From Camelus dromedarius (lineage: Eukaryota), in contig NC_087437.1 in assembly GCF_036321535.1 (NCBI RefSeq), forward strand, positions 20,524,001 to 20,588,000: a stretch of DNA of 64,000 nt, given 5' to 3'. A program made the translations under genes and the position numbers. The notes beneath the pieces are model-generated. The model was not told the DNA's origin. It did not search any database and worked only from the letters and a program-made list of their open reading frames with translations. This document shows positions 25,315 to 40,300 of the stretch, one piece after another (position 1 is the first letter of the stretch; the number at the start of each line of letters is the position of its first letter).

Positions 25315-28300
25315 GTACGTCCCAGGCGGGCTAGGGCAGAGACTTGGGCAAGATGGGTGAAGGGGCTTCAGCCCCGGGGGCTGAGAGGGCGAGGCCCGGG
25401 TGGGGACCGGTGACGGTGGATTGGGGGTGCGGCCCGGGCGGGAAGTGATGAGGGACTGGGCCTGGGGGAGCCAAGGGGGCTGAGGCCCCGGCGAAGAGGG
25501 CTGGGAGGAAGAAGCTGGGTGGGAAGTCAGGCTTTGGACCCGCGGAGCCTGAGCGAGGCCTAGGGAGTGGCTGGCAGGGCTGGGGTCCACGCAGGCCCAG
25601 GCCCCGTGCCGCGGCCTAGCGGGCAGCGGGGAGGCGGGGAGGCGGGGAGGAGCGTAGCTGCAGGCCTCACGCAGGTTGCTGGGCCGGGGAGATGTTGGGG
25701 GAGCGGGAAGTGCGGAGGCCGAGGACAAAATGGGCGCCGGGCCTCCTCCTTCTCTCCGTGGGGCGCAGGCTGCGGGGCCGCCTCACGTCGCTCACGCCCC
25801 ACCTCGGACCTCGGGCAGCTGATTTCCGGGCCCTGCTCGGCCGCGGTGGGTCGTCATGGGGCTTCCGGCACCAGCCCCGAAGGTTTTGAGGTTCTTCCGC
25901 ACGCAACAGCTGTAGGTTTCAAGCTCTTGGAAAATTTCCTTCCCGAGCTTTCCCAGCTTGCGAGCTACGGTGCAAAGCCGCGGTACCTTTGGGATCAGAT
26001 TCTTTCCCTGAAAACCAGCCCTGTAGCACACCCGCGGCTTTTCGTTTGCTTAAAGGAGAAAGTGGGGGGAGGGAGAGGTCAAATGCTTTGGCAACAGTTA
26101 CTGTGTGTGTAAGATTCGGACTAAACCTAAAGTCTTAGTTCCCTGCTTGCCAGCTTGAGTGCTACAGACCTTTTGTTCTGCCAATTTATTCTCCTTTTTA
26201 GGTTCTTTCCAAATTATTTGGAGAACCGTAGCAATTTTAAGTTTAGGAGTTCTTATCTGTAGAATCCTAAAGAGTCATCGAAAATGGCTGCGGTGAATTA
26301 TACTGAGGCTCTTTTTTTGCTTTTATGACCATATAAAGTCGCATTCTCTTAAGGCATACAATTTTGTTTAAAATAGACTAGTTTAAGAATGTTAAAGTAA
26401 TACACGCGGTTCTACTCGCAGTGTCTTAATTTGAGTTATACGTATGAACTCTTATTGCCAGTGATGACAGTAGTTTTCTTGGGTTGGCACATTCATTCAA
26501 CAAACATTTATTGTACACCAATTATAGACCAGCCACTGTTCTGGCATTTAAAAAATACTTTTAATTTGTGAGACTCAATTTAGACTGAGTTTGCTTTCCG
26601 TATTTCTGATACGTTGCCAGTGATATTGACAAATTAAATCATTTTTTAAAAAATTATTAGCCATCTAGATGCTCCTGTAAAGATGTCTTTTATGCAAATA
26701 ATTGGATTCCCTCCTGTAGTTAGATCACAAGGTAATTCCTAAAAGTGTGGACACCACACATCTACTCCTGGCCACTATTTTAATTGCTACTCGTAGCCAC
26801 TATTTTATTTGAGTGAAAAATGGACAAACTCTTTGATATTAGTTGCTTCACCTATAAAATGAGGAAACTGTACTATATGATCTCTAAGGCCCTATCTAGG
26901 TCCTAACATTTACTCTGCATTCGAGAGTCAAATACCAAGTTTTATTAAAAATGAGGTACATTTATTTGAAATGTTACCTTGATTGCACTACCCAGTTTGG
27001 ATTGGGGTTATCAGCCACTTTGTTACTATTAATACATGTAAAGTCTCTTATGGTTAGCTTTTTCTTTAAAAACAAGAATAGGAAATTTTTGTAGCATCTA
27101 AACACAAATAGATTTAGGAGCCCCCCCTACCTCCCTCAACCCCCCCCCCCAAAAAAGAACCTGGCATGTGCAGGTTATTTGGAGTATTAAATGAGGTACT
27201 TGTATGTATGGCCTGATACAAGATAGGTGCTCAGCCTTATGAATTCCCTTCCTTTGCATTTCTTCTTGATTGTATTTTTATATATGGTTGTGTAAGTCAT
27301 TTCAATAAAACTTGGCTTATCTTTTTTAGAGAAACATTAGAACTAGGAAGGATGGTAAAGATCATCTGGTTTAGCCCCTTCAAAAAATGGAAAAATACCA
27401 AGGTGTAAAAAATCGACTTACCCAAGGTCAAACAGCTTTTCAGACACGTAAAGTGAGAGGTAAACAATCACTAAAGACTCTTCCGGCTCTATATTATATA
27501 AAATCAATGCTGTAAAATATTTTGGAAGTCTGTATGCTGAACATTGTAGAAATACAAATTGGGTTGTGTTGGTAATACTGTTCTTAACTGAAGACATCTA
27601 ATATATCTCAGAATTTTGTATTTAGGCAGTCATTTTTAGGATGTTCTTCATAGAAAACTAGATTTCATTTTTTTTTATCATGATAGAATTATGTAAATTA
27701 GGAGTTAGGAAACTTTTTTGTTACTTTAATAATAACCAGATAGAGAAAAGGAGAGAGATCTTTATATTAGTCACTGTGCAAGAACCAAGTAACTTTTCAC
27801 AGTGACATTGAATCTTCGACAAAATTGTCTTAAAATGGAGCCTTTGAATTGTTTTCCTGATGATTATAATAATTGTGTTTATTCAAATATGTGTTTATCA
27901 GGATCTCAGATTTCTAAAATAGCCTTGTAGCTGTATTATTAAATCAGGAAAATTTGAAACAGACCAGCACTGTACCTTGGGTCTGGGTGACATACATGCA
28001 TAACTCGTGCTTTCTTTAACATACCCTTTGGTCCCATTTTGTTTTTGCCAGGGTTAATATTCAGAGTTTATAAGGTCATTGGTTAGGTTGATTGAATTAT
28101 GGAAGCTACTCATTGCAGTCTGCAAAAAGGATGTAAGTAAGATTTAATTTTAGTTGTACTTTTAATTACACTATATGTTTGTATATGAAGATATAAGCAA
28201 TATGTTTTAAAATTCTTTGATAGATCTACATCATTTAGTGTGCTGGCTGCATTTGTCCACCAAGAGGCAGTTTGCTTTTTTTCTATTTGAGAGGCAGATT

Positions 28301-31300
28301 GTCTCAATGGGAGAAATAAACCTTCAGCCTTTAAGTGGATGAATTTTTTCCTATGTAGCTCCTGTGACAGCTTAATACATACAGTGAGTGATTTCAGATT
28401 ATCTAAGGAATTGTTTATTTTTTATGTCCTGGAATTAATCAGCCCATTTATTAAACCATTTATTATTTATTATTTATTAATTCAGTAAGAAATTCACATT
28501 TGGGTGTCAGTTATGTTGAAATGTCATAATATCTGTTATATTACCTGTTTCCTTGTAAGATCAGGGCAGAATACTTTAAAGTATAATTAATGTGATTTAT
28601 CTACACTTTACTTTGTCTATATTTTCATAATTTTTACAACCTTTTCCTTCTTTTTTTTCCCCTCATAAAAAATGCATTCTTTCATTCTTACTAACAGATT
28701 GTAAGACTAAGGGAAATTGCTTATCCTGATGTGAAATATTCTCAAAAAAACTTGCTTTCCTGGAAGGGGATTGGTATAGTATAGCATTGTGGGTCGGGGA
28801 CCCCTGGAAGTTCCCAAGACCCTTTTGGGGTGATCTAAAATGTTAAAGCTGTTTGTGTAAAAATGCTAAGACATCATTTGCCTTTGCACTGTGTTGACAT
28901 TCAGACCGATTGTGCAAAAGCAGTGATGGGTGGAGCTGCTCGTGCCTTAACACGCATTGGGGCAGTAGCATCAAACCTTGCTAGTCGTCTTTGGCACTTG
29001 AAATGTGAAAAACCAGTTTTGCTTAAGAATGTTCTTGAAGCAGTAAAAATTAATTTTATTAAATCTTGACTCTTGAGTACACATCTTTCATTTCATGTTC
29101 TGCCTGGCAGAATGAGAAATAAGAATAAAGTACTCCTGCTTCCCAGGGTGGTTCTGCAGTTGTTTCAGCCTCAGGCCAGACCAGCCTCATTATTCACAGG
29201 AGCCACTCTTGAAAGAACGATTGATAGACATACTGTGGCTATTCAGACTGGAATATTAGGCAGACATTTTCTCAAAAAAATGAAAGCAGTGGGCCTGATG
29301 CTTCAAGGAAAACCACTGATAGCATTTGTTACCTTCTGATAAAATATGAGTTTTCAAGCAAAAGTTAGAATTTTTGCAATCTTGGATTGACAGGAAATGT
29401 AATTTTTAAAATATTGTATAGTAAAATGTGTTAATATTTGGAAGCCCTATATAACCCAGTGAAACAATATTTTTCAAATGACCAGTGCATGATGTTATAG
29501 TGTCATGCATGGGTAAAAAGATTCAGAATATAAAATGAAGCAATGGGTTTTAATGCAGCAGTATGAAAAGTTTATTGATACAGTTCAGATTCCATATTGC
29601 AGCTAACTTTAAGAACCAGCACATATCCAGTTTTAGTATAATAATGAAAAATATCCACAATTATCTGGAAAGTAGATTATGTTATTAATTGAAAGGTTTC
29701 AGTGCCATAGTCGGCAGGGTGTGTGGGGAGTAGTGGAACAGGATAAAGGTGAATAGTGGGAATGCATTGTCGTTCCAAGTAGGGGAATGGTGGGGTCTTA
29801 CTGAGAAGGTGACTTTTGAACAAAGACCCAGAGAGGAGAGAATTAACTGTTCAGAGGGAAAAAGCAGTGAAAAGACCCTAGGGTAGGAGCCACAGTAATG
29901 AGGCAAGTATAGCCAAAGTAGTAGAGCCTTGTTAGGCTTTTTAAAGACTCTGGCTTTTTTTCTGAAATGAGAGGAGTCATTGCAGGAGTTTTAAAGGCTA
30001 ACTCTGGTCACTGTGTTTAGAAAAGACTGTACACAGGCAAGGCCAGAAGTAGGGAAATGATTCGGCAGTTGGCGTAATCAAAATGAGAGGTAAGCATCCG
30101 TCAGAGAAGGTTGTAATATATTGGATGTAGAGTGTGAAGGGAAAAAAAGTCAGAAATAACTCCAAGTATTTAGTTTAGGCACCTGGAGGGAAGGAATTGC
30201 TTGCTGTTAACTGGGATGGACAGGGTTGCCAATGGAATAGGGTTGGAGTGGAGGAAGATCAGTATGGGTGGGGTTCCATTTAAGATGTGAGAAGTTTGAG
30301 AAGTAGAGAGGTCAGAAAGCCAGTTTGTGTAGATGGATGGATATATTAGGTGAGTCCAGGAAAGAGGTCTGGACTAGAGATATACATTCAGTAGTTCGTG
30401 GAGCATCGATGGTTCCATGAGCCTAGATGAGATCACTAAGGGAGTGAATATAGAGCAGAAGAGAGGACCAAAGACTGACCTCTGAAAACTTCAACAAAAG
30501 GGATCAGAAGAGGAGGAACCAGCAAAGTAGACTTAGAAAAAGTGACCCAGAAAATGTGTTCTGAAAGTCAAGTGAAGAAGCATATGTACAGTATTTAGGA
30601 AGGAATGGGTGATCAGTTATCATATGTTACTGTCTGTTAAGACATGATCTGAGAGCTGTCAATGATTAAGTTTAAGAATTGGAGACCTTTGGTGACCTTG
30701 ATTAGCAATTTGCAATGCAGAGCAGGGAGTAAAAGTCTGATTGGAGTGGGAGAGAAATTAGAGACAGTAAATGAAGGGAATTTAAAGATTTGCTGCAAAG
30801 AGAGAGCAGTAGTTTGAGGGGGAGATGTTTATTTTTATTAAACCTACCACATACCCTCAGTATATTTTGTTTCTATGGTGAATTTTAGTCCTCAAAGTCT
30901 GATATCATTGTTTTCCCTTATAGTAGAGACTGTACAGCTACATCTTGTGCTGTGTGATAATGGCTTCCTTCCATGTTTCCATGTTTATCAAGTTGTTGGC
31001 TAATGGTTTTTTTTTCCCAATATTATTAGTGTTTTGAGTTTGCTTTAGCCTTTTGAATAAGCCTAGCTTGTTAATTTTTTTTCCTGCGTGAGAAACACTA
31101 CATATACTCCCCAAAATACCATTATTTTCAGCCACTTTTAAACCTAACTTTTCATAAGTTAATCTTCCAATTATGTAGAATATGTCCTTCATTCTTCAAG
31201 GACTTATATTGTCTCTTGCCTAAACACTAAAGCTTCAGAGAAAATACCTCTACAAATATATTACCAGAGAGCCAATTTTTAGTAAGACTTCCAAGTGATT

Positions 31301-34300
31301 TTTGTAGCATTTCAGAGACAGGCTACATGTTTTGCGATTAAAAGACTCCATGGCTAACATTTTAATGAATCTCTTCCTTAGTGGTATTTCTCAATTTGAC
31401 TAATGCCCTAATTAGGAAATTACAGTGGAGTGTTACCTGTAGCAGAAAAATGACAAAATACTTTAACATATTCACTTTGCTTTAGACACCTTAACACTGC
31501 AAATGTCTGACATAATAGGTTTGCTTAATGTTAGCAGAAATACATTTCTAAAGTACCTATTTTATATATCTGTATACCCACTTACATACACATATCAATA
31601 TTGTGGACCCAGTCAGAATAGATTAAATTACCTTGCCTACTGAAAACAAGTTTCCTGATTTGTACATGCTCAAAAGGTTAAAATCAAAGGTAGTCTAACA
31701 ACCACAGTCTTAGACTCAGAATCCCAGTTGTTTATCATGATCCACCCTTTCCTTAGCAAAAACCTGGCATAGATTCCTCCATAGGTTGGTTAATAAAAGT
31801 CCTTTATAGCCAGGGGATCTGAATATAGTGGTTCAGGCCTTTGGGGCTCTCTTGCTGGTGGGGTTTTGTGTCTGCATGGACCTAAGGATTTATGACTCTT
31901 GGCATCATGGCTGAAACTGATCTGCTAGCTATTCATATTTACTTAGTGAATAAATTTTTTCCCCTTCCCTATCCTCCCCTAACCCCCAACCACCCCACCC
32001 CCCACCCGCCTTCTGATTCATGTGTTGCTGCAATTTGGGTGTGGGAGAGTATTTTGGGGCCCTCAGAGGCTTTCCTGTTTCTTGTAAGACCTGTTTGCAA
32101 AGATTTTTTTTGTTTAGTTTTGTTTTTTTAAGCCAGTTTTTTGGTTACGTTGTGTGTAGCTTCAGGAAAGAAGGAAGGAAAGAAGGAAGGAAGGAAGGAA
32201 GGAAGGAAGGAAGGAAGGAAGGAAGGAAGGAAGGAAGGTCTCCATTCTAAGCAGCTTTTAGCCACTGCTTACTCAAGGGATCCGTAGGCCCTTAAGTAGT
32301 TAGAACCTGTGGAATGTCAGAATTTTTATCCTCACTATATATAATAACAAGGGGAAGCAACATCTGAAAGTTCTCAGACATTTACACTTACAAAATACCA
32401 TAAGCTAAAAGTGTGTCTACACTGCAGTAAATTCACAGGTGACTTGATTACTTACTGTATAGTTTGGCAAACATCATGAAAATAGAATAGTTTTAAATGT
32501 CTTATAAAGGTGTTTAGTGATAACCATTTTAAACAATTCTTAAACATTCTCTAAAATCAATACATAGTTATGTTACCTGATTCTTACCAAGCAATCTTGG
32601 CCTCATATCTTTAAATGACATTTGCCTATAAAACTTTAAAATAAGCGTTGATCCAAGTAGTTTTACTAAGAATATATAGCAGAGGCGTTCTAACCTGGAT
32701 ATACCAAGGATATAGTGACATTTTAAAAATTTTATATTCATAATCTTAGAAACTGTTTCCTTTCTAGATTTTTGATGTTACAGAATAACAAATTTATATG
32801 CTCTTCAGCTACCAAACTTGGCTGTTCTCTCCTTAGAATTCTTTGCTAATCAAAGCATTTAAAGCAAATGACTGAGCAACTTTAAATTGTAACTTTTTTA
32901 TTTTAATACCAAAGCATCCAATTTAGTACTTTTATTAGTAGCAAACTACATTGGTGACATCTTGTGGTTGATCTTAACCCATTGTCCTCCTCACTGGATC
33001 AGGAGGGCTTAGGACCAGTTAGAAGGCAAGAAAGAAAATGAGGGCCTGCTTTAAGGCACTTGCAGTGGGAATATTGAGGAGACATTCTTTGCTTTACTTC
33101 CATCTTGAGTACTTGGTGCCCTTAATCATTAGGCCTCTAAGGGGTTCTGCAGGGTACTTCTCTTTGGAATTTACCTTTGCAAGCCTTTCTTCCTCTTTGC
33201 CGAGACAGTTACCCTTCCCATTTGTTTCATTGCACATGGAGAGAAAAGAGATCAATGTAGTTAACTCTGTTTCACAACTAGATATTTTAAATGTTTATTG
33301 ACAGCAATAGTTTTTGTTCTCTGCATAAATTCTAATGATTCCAGTGTACATAATAATTACTTCAGTATGACTTAAGATAAAAGTAGCATGAGAAACACTG
33401 GAGTGTCACTCCTGTACCACATACCTATTGCATTTTATAATGTAAAACTGCTTCAGGACAGCCTAAATGCTTGTTGTGTACACCCACTTACACCACTCCC
33501 CAGTTTGATACAGTTTAGATCATCATTATGTATTTTACTTGTTGAGATGGTTTTTTAGGAATCACAATGTATATCTTGTCTGTAGTCTGGCCATAAAGTA
33601 TTTGTAATAGTTCTGTTACAAAATTTTAGTTGCTATTATCAGTAATAGATGCTGACAACTTTAGTAGCTAATACTTACTAAGTACATTCTATGTGTCATA
33701 CCACAAAATAACTTTATATGAGTTATATCATACCATCTTTACAACAAGCCTGTAAGGCCTAGGTGTTGTTTTTTCCCTGCTGGGTTGGTTGGTTGGTTTC
33801 TCTGTGTCACGTGTTTATTCTCTTGAAATCGGGAATGACTGGGTAGGACATAGGTAGTCATTCTTATTATGTGCTAACTTGGCTTTTTTTTTTTTTTAAT
33901 TATGGAAGTAATTTATGTTCATTGTGAAAACCAAGAGTATATTCTTTAGGTTTTACAGAATATAAGATCAAAACAAATATGCATGTTTATTACAGATTTG
34001 GGGCCTATTGGGTTTTATGCTCAATAAGTTTACAAAGTAAATATATTAAACAGCTTAAAAAATAAAAGCTAGGCAAATCCAAATTAAAAACAAGTATGAT
34101 TTGCTATAATAAATCACTACGATAGTGTGAATACTGTGTAGTTTACCACCCAGGCTCTCTTTAGCTCTGCAGTGTATTCTGCAGTGTATACTGTGGTGAT
34201 TCACATCTCTTACCACTTGGCCTCAACAATTAACATAAATAAACTGTGACTTCTGTTTAAGATTGTCCTTGGGCCTTATATGTAATTAGATTTTAAGCCT

Positions 34301-37300
34301 ATTTCATAGATGTTTAAAAATATTGGTTTCTTGTTTATTGAGTGTAGAGGTCTTTCTTGGATCTAGTTAATTTTTTCTCAAATCTCTTAGCCCTACCATG
34401 TATCTAATTGATGTTTGATTTGTGAAAATACAATGGTTTTGATCTTTTGGGGGGGGGGATTAAATTCTTTAAATTTCATATTTAAAACTCTAAGTGGAAT
34501 TTTTTTGAAATCTTAATTTTATTATAATTAAAAAATCACATATAATTGTATTTGACCCCAGCTAGTTTGTATATTAGCATTTCCTACTAATTTTCACATA
34601 TTTGGGTTTTTTTTTTCATCAGATTTATTAAGGTATAATTATGTGCAGTAAAATTCGCTCTTTGTTAAGGGTATACAGTTAGAGCTGTTCAGCGAGTTTT
34701 GGCAAAAGTGTAAGGTGCTGTAACCTCTACAGACATACCTCTGGAGATAACCTGCAGGTTCAGTTCCAGGCCACTGCAATAAAATGAATACCACAGTAAA
34801 GTGAATCCTGTGAGTTTTTAGCTTCCCAGTGCATATAAAAGTTATGTTTATACTAAACTGTTGTCTATTGTGCAATAGCATTATGTCTTTAAAAAAATTT
34901 ATATGCCTTAATTAAAAAATACAGTTGACCCTTGAACATGGGTTTGAAATGTGTGGGTTCACTTATATGCACTTTTTTTTTTTTTTTCAGTAGATATATA
35001 CTACAAAACAACATGATCCATGATTGATTGAATGCAGACCCACAGATACGGGAGGGATTTTTGATTGTTCAGAGGGTTGGCACCCCTAAACCCCACATTA
35101 CTCAAGGGTCAACTCAGAAGTGCTACCCATCATCTGACAACACAAGTTTGCTGTAAGCCTTCAATTTGTGAAAAACAAAATATTTGCAAAGCACAATAAA
35201 GCGAAGCACAATAAAAGGTGATGTGCCTATATTATAATCAAAATATAGATCACTTCTGTTATCCCAAGGATTCTCCATGCCCTTTGCAGTCAGTCCCAGC
35301 TCCACTACCTCTTAGTAATTAACTGATCTCATTTCTGTTCTAGTTTTGCCTCTTTTAGAGTGTCATAAAAATGAAAATGTTATAAAATGAAAGTCTTTTG
35401 TGCCTGGCTTTTTTCAGTTAGCATAATGCTTTTGAGATTCATCCAGGTTGTTCTTTTTATTACAGAGCAATAATCCATTGTTTGGCTGTACCACAGTTTG
35501 TCTGTCCTTCATCTGTTGATGGACATTTCGGTTGTTTCCAGTCTTGGGCTACTAAGAGTAAAGCTGCTAAAAACTTTCATGGACAAGTCTTTGTGTAGAC
35601 ATGTACGGGCACACCATGTTTTATTGTGTTTTGCATTGTTGTGCTTCAGAGATAATGTGTTTTGTTTTTTGGGTTTTTTTACAAATTGAAAGTTTGTGGC
35701 AACCATGTGTTGAGCTAGTCTATCAGTACCATTTTTTCAGCAGCAATTTTTAATTGATATGTATGTTTTTTAGACTTTGTGCTATTGCACACTTAATATA
35801 CTACAGTCTACTATAAACATAACTTTTATATACACTGAAAAACAAAAATCATGTGACACACAATATACTACAGTATACTGTAAACATAACTATTATATAC
35901 ACTGAAAAACAAAAAAAATCATGTGACTCACTCTATGGTATTCTGTATACTCTATGGTATTCACTGTATTGGGGTGCTCTTGAACTGAACCTACAATATC
36001 CCTGAGGTATGCCTGTATTTGTTGATTTTTCCCAGGTTAGCACCTTAGAAATGGGATTTCAGGGTTGAATGGCAGTAGTATTTAACCTTCTAAGAAATAC
36101 CAGACTTTTTTTTTTTTCTTTCGAACTCTGCTTTTTTTTTTTTTTCCAAATGTACCATTTTGCATTCTCACCAGCAACGTCTGAGGTTTGTAGTTGCTCT
36201 TTATCAACATGTGTTGTTAATCTTTTTCATTTTAGCCATTAGTAAATGTGCAGTGGTACCTCAATGTAGTTTTAATTTGCATTCTTCTGTTGACAGATGA
36301 TTTTGAAATTTTTTTCTGTGTTTATTTGCATCCGTATATCTTTGGTGAAGTATCTGTTCAAGTCTAGTTTGAGTAGTTTTTTTTTTTTTTAGTTTAATTC
36401 TCTACATAAGCACTTTATAAGATACGTGTTTTGCAAATATTTTCTCTCAGACTGTGGCTTGTCTTTTCATTTTATTAACAGTTTCTTCCAAAGAGTGGGC
36501 GATTTTAATTTTGATGAAGTCGTTTATCAATGTTTTCCTTTTATGATTCATGCTTTTTCTCTTTTGTTGTTGTTGTTGTTCATCTAAGAAATTTGTGCCT
36601 AATCTAAAGTCAGAAACATTTTTCTCCAAGTATTTTCTCTTCTAAAAGTTCTATAGTTTTCATGTTTTACATTTAGGTCTCCATTTTGAGTTAATTTTTT
36701 AAATATGGTTTGAGGTAAGAATCAAGTTTTATTTAGATATAGGTGTTCTCTTTTTAATTTGTTGTATTAATTAATATTTCACTCTTACTGCATAGTTTGT
36801 TTCAATTTTATTTTCTTGATGGCGTGTACTGTTACATTAATATGAAATATTCTTATTTAATGATTTCTTGTCCTAACTTTTATTTGGAGTGATATTGTTG
36901 TTATATGCCTGCTTTCCTTTTATTATATATATTTTTATACATACTTTTTTTTGTTGGGGGGAGGGTTAGGGGAGGTTATTAAATTTATTTACTTATTTAT
37001 TTTTAAGTGGAGGTACTGAGGATTGAACCCAGGACCTCCTGCATGCTAAGCATGCATTCTACCACTGAGCTATAACTTCCTCCCATATATACTTTTTTTC
37101 AGTTCTAGAGGTGTAACTGTTTTGTATTTTTCTGTTGGTGGGCTGTTTTTCTTCCTTTCATGCCTGTTTTGGAGGTCTGGATTACTTCTGACTCAGTCTG
37201 CTTTGCTCATTCACTGCAGTAAGAGCTCTCCTGAGTGATTTTCCTCTAGTTAGAAAGCAGTTTTCAGGGCTTCCTGGGGTAGCTTTTAATGCTCTTAAGA

Positions 37301-40300
37301 GAAAATTATTTCCCATTCTTGCATTTAAAAACTTACTCACCCTTTCTCATATGTCTTTTGAAAGCTTAAATAATATCATTTAAGAGCTTTTATTTTGTTG
37401 TTTTCGTGATTGATCCTTGTATTTAAATTGGGTTCTTCTAACTCAGCCTACCTACTTTGCACAAATTTCCACATGTGGGCCTGAGAGATTCTGATTTTGA
37501 GACTCAAATGCCGTATTTATTTGTAAGTGAAACACTTCTGGGTATTTGGATATTTAAAATATGAGACATGTATGAATATCCATTCGTGATTTATTTCTTG
37601 TTCTCAAGATCATTTCTTAAGTTTTAAAAGATAGGTTTGGAGTTTGAGAGATAGGATATACCTCAAATAATGATCTAGGTTTCAACAAAGCCGTAAGTAA
37701 TATCTGGGCAGGGAGTACCAAATAGACCCTTAAAATAGTATTTAAGCTGTGTTGTCTTACACCAGTAAATTTTAGAGTCAACACACACAATTTGGAGTCT
37801 TTAGCTAATTATTCTTGCTAGATAGATATTTAGCTACTGAAAGTGTTTTGCATACAGTCAAATAAGTAAAACATTAAATTAAAAAATATTTAGTCTTCAG
37901 AAATCAAAATTCTCAATTTTAGTACCTTTGCAAAGCCCCAGTTGCTCACACGTTTCACAGCTCAGTGCATATTTACTAATTTATGAATTAAGTAGGTAAG
38001 TTTTGTTTCTTTCATTTTTTTTGTAGATGTGGTGGTACAGTGGGAGCTATTCTGACATGTCCACTGGAAGTGGTAAAAACACGGCTGCAGTCATCTTCTG
38101 TGACACTGTATATCTCTGAAGTTCAGCTGAACACCATGGCTGGAGCCAGTGTCAACCGAGTAGTGTCTCCGGGACCTCTCCATTGCCTAAAGTGAGAGCA
38201 CAGGATTCATGACTTTTTTTTTCTTTTGTCTGTTTACCTTAATGATGCCTATGTTTGTTTATTTATATTCTGCCATATTTTAAGAGGTTTTTACAAACTT
38301 AATGACAGAATTACTCTGCTATATTCCTTAGAAACAGTGATCCCTAATGGAAATGTACAGTAATTCAAATAATGTAAAATGTTATATTGTTTCCAAGTAA
38401 TGTGTATTTGGAATATTTTTCTACATTTATCCAGTGGATTTATTTTCTAAAGCTATTTAAGGTATTTTATTTTGGATTATGAATTCATTTGTTTTTGAAA
38501 TGTGATTTTGTTAAATGCTAATAACAACTCTTTGCATATTTTGAATTTTCAAAGTACTCACACAAGTAAGTACATCTAATTAATAACAGTCTGATTTTTA
38601 TATAACCTAAATATAACAGATACAAAGCATATTTATAAAAACATGATTCAGTGTTAGGCATTTCTTGATTTGAAAAAGATTTATTTTTATGTTTTACCAT
38701 ACCTCATTATGTTCCAAATTGGATTTGAAATTTCAAAACTGTTGAAATTAGGTTTTACATGTTTAAACTTACATATACAACTGAATGTCTTGTGTGTCTG
38801 TCTTATCAGCTCACTTGGGACATAATCTATTTGAACTTAGTTCAGTAGTGTTTATTTTGTAGTAGCAAGTAAACTCATACTGTGTGTTTGCCTTCACTAC
38901 CAAAAGATTTCATCACTCTTCTTTTTTCAAACTTACCTAAGTACATGAGTAGGTAGAATAAAATTGATAACAGTTTTAGGTTAAAATGCCATAGTTAGAG
39001 GTAAAACTTCTATCTAACTAGTAATAGAGTATTTTAATATCATGATTTTGATAGTTACTACCACTGATTACCTCTCCTTAAAATTCTTCCTTTGATCTTT
39101 GTACAATACCGTGAGTCAATGTCACGTTTCATCTGTCATCAGTATCCAGTGACTTCCATGTCTACATTTTCTTCCCTTAACCTCTCTTCACTCTCATTCC
39201 CATTGTTTCCCTATTCAGGGGTGCCATCCTAATCAATGTTTCATGGCTGCTTCTTCCTTTTTTTATTTCCCAACATCTTTATTGAGATATAATTTACATA
39301 CTATAAAATTCATCCATTCAAAGTGAACAGTTCAGTTTTCTGTTCACAGATTTGTGTAGCCATCACCACATTCTAAATTTAGAACATTTTCATTATCACC
39401 ACAGAAAGGGACCCTTCCCTTTTAGCAGTCACTCCTCACTTTCTTCTTTCCCTCTCCCCCTGGGCAATAACTACTAATCTACTCTCTGTCATTATAGATC
39501 TGCATATTCAGGACATTTTGTGTAGAAGGAATTAGATACACGATATGTGGCCTCTTGTGACTGGTTTCTTTCACTTAGCGTGTTTTCAAGCTTCATGTGT
39601 GTTGTAACAAGTATCTTTTTATTGCCAAATATTTCATTGTGTAGATACATACCACATTTAATTTATTCACTCATTTATTGGTGGACATTTGGATTGTCTC
39701 CACTTTTTGAGTATTATGAATCATACCATTATAGGGATGTATGTTCTATTTCTCTTGGGGATATACTAGGAGTAGAATTTCTGAGTCATAGGGTAACTTT
39801 ATATTTAACATTTTGAGGAACTGCCAAACTGTTCTCCAGAGTGGATATATCATTTTACATTCCCATCACCAATGAATGAGATTTCTAGTTTCTAAACATC
39901 CTCGCCAATCCCTGTTTTTCTCCAGTTGTCTTGATTGTGGCCGTCGTTAAATGGGTATGAAGTGTTTTATGACTTCTTATCCAGGAACTGTGGGAAATCC
40001 CCCCAGGCTCTCTTGGTTTCTTAGGGGCTCATGGAAGAGTTTCAAGAGATCTATAAATTAAGTGAAATTGTGTGCAAAATTGTGAGTGTTTGCAAATGTT
40101 CGTTTTCTTAAAAGGATACTTCCTTAACTTCTCAAGGGTTTTATAACACAGAAAGGGCTAACAAACACTGACATCTTCAAAATGTGCTCTACAACTTGTC
40201 ACTCTTAGTTCTTCTTCTGTCTAATGTAGTTTTACCAAAATGGTCTCGTATCACCTGTGTCATCTGACAACAGGATAAAAACGCAAATTGCTGAGCTATT

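Larger units (their letters stand above)
24700..26050. promoter_or_regulatory. CpG island spanning the SLC25A36 promoter, exon 1 and the start of intron 1
   Basis: Abrupt GC-rich, CpG-dense stretch in otherwise CpG-depleted DNA. Confidence 0.93.
34605..36735 (-). mobile_element. Old L1 3' portion hosting Tigger insertions
   Basis: tttgagattcatccaggttg, ttgatggacatt, ttttgcaaatattttctc. Confidence 0.8.

Noticed and set aside
25003..26112. Long ORFs (241 aa on minus, 181 aa on plus) over the promoter
   Set aside because: Pro/Gly/Arg-rich products typical of stop-poor CpG islands, with non-ATG starts and no recognisable domain.
28863..29339. Domesticated transposase gene
   Set aside because: The Charlie element is broken by stops and frameshifts, with no long ORF.
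32020..32250. ORF with KEGR repeats (and poly-Ile/Tyr ORFs at 18.6-18.9 kb)
   Set aside because: Translations of microsatellites.
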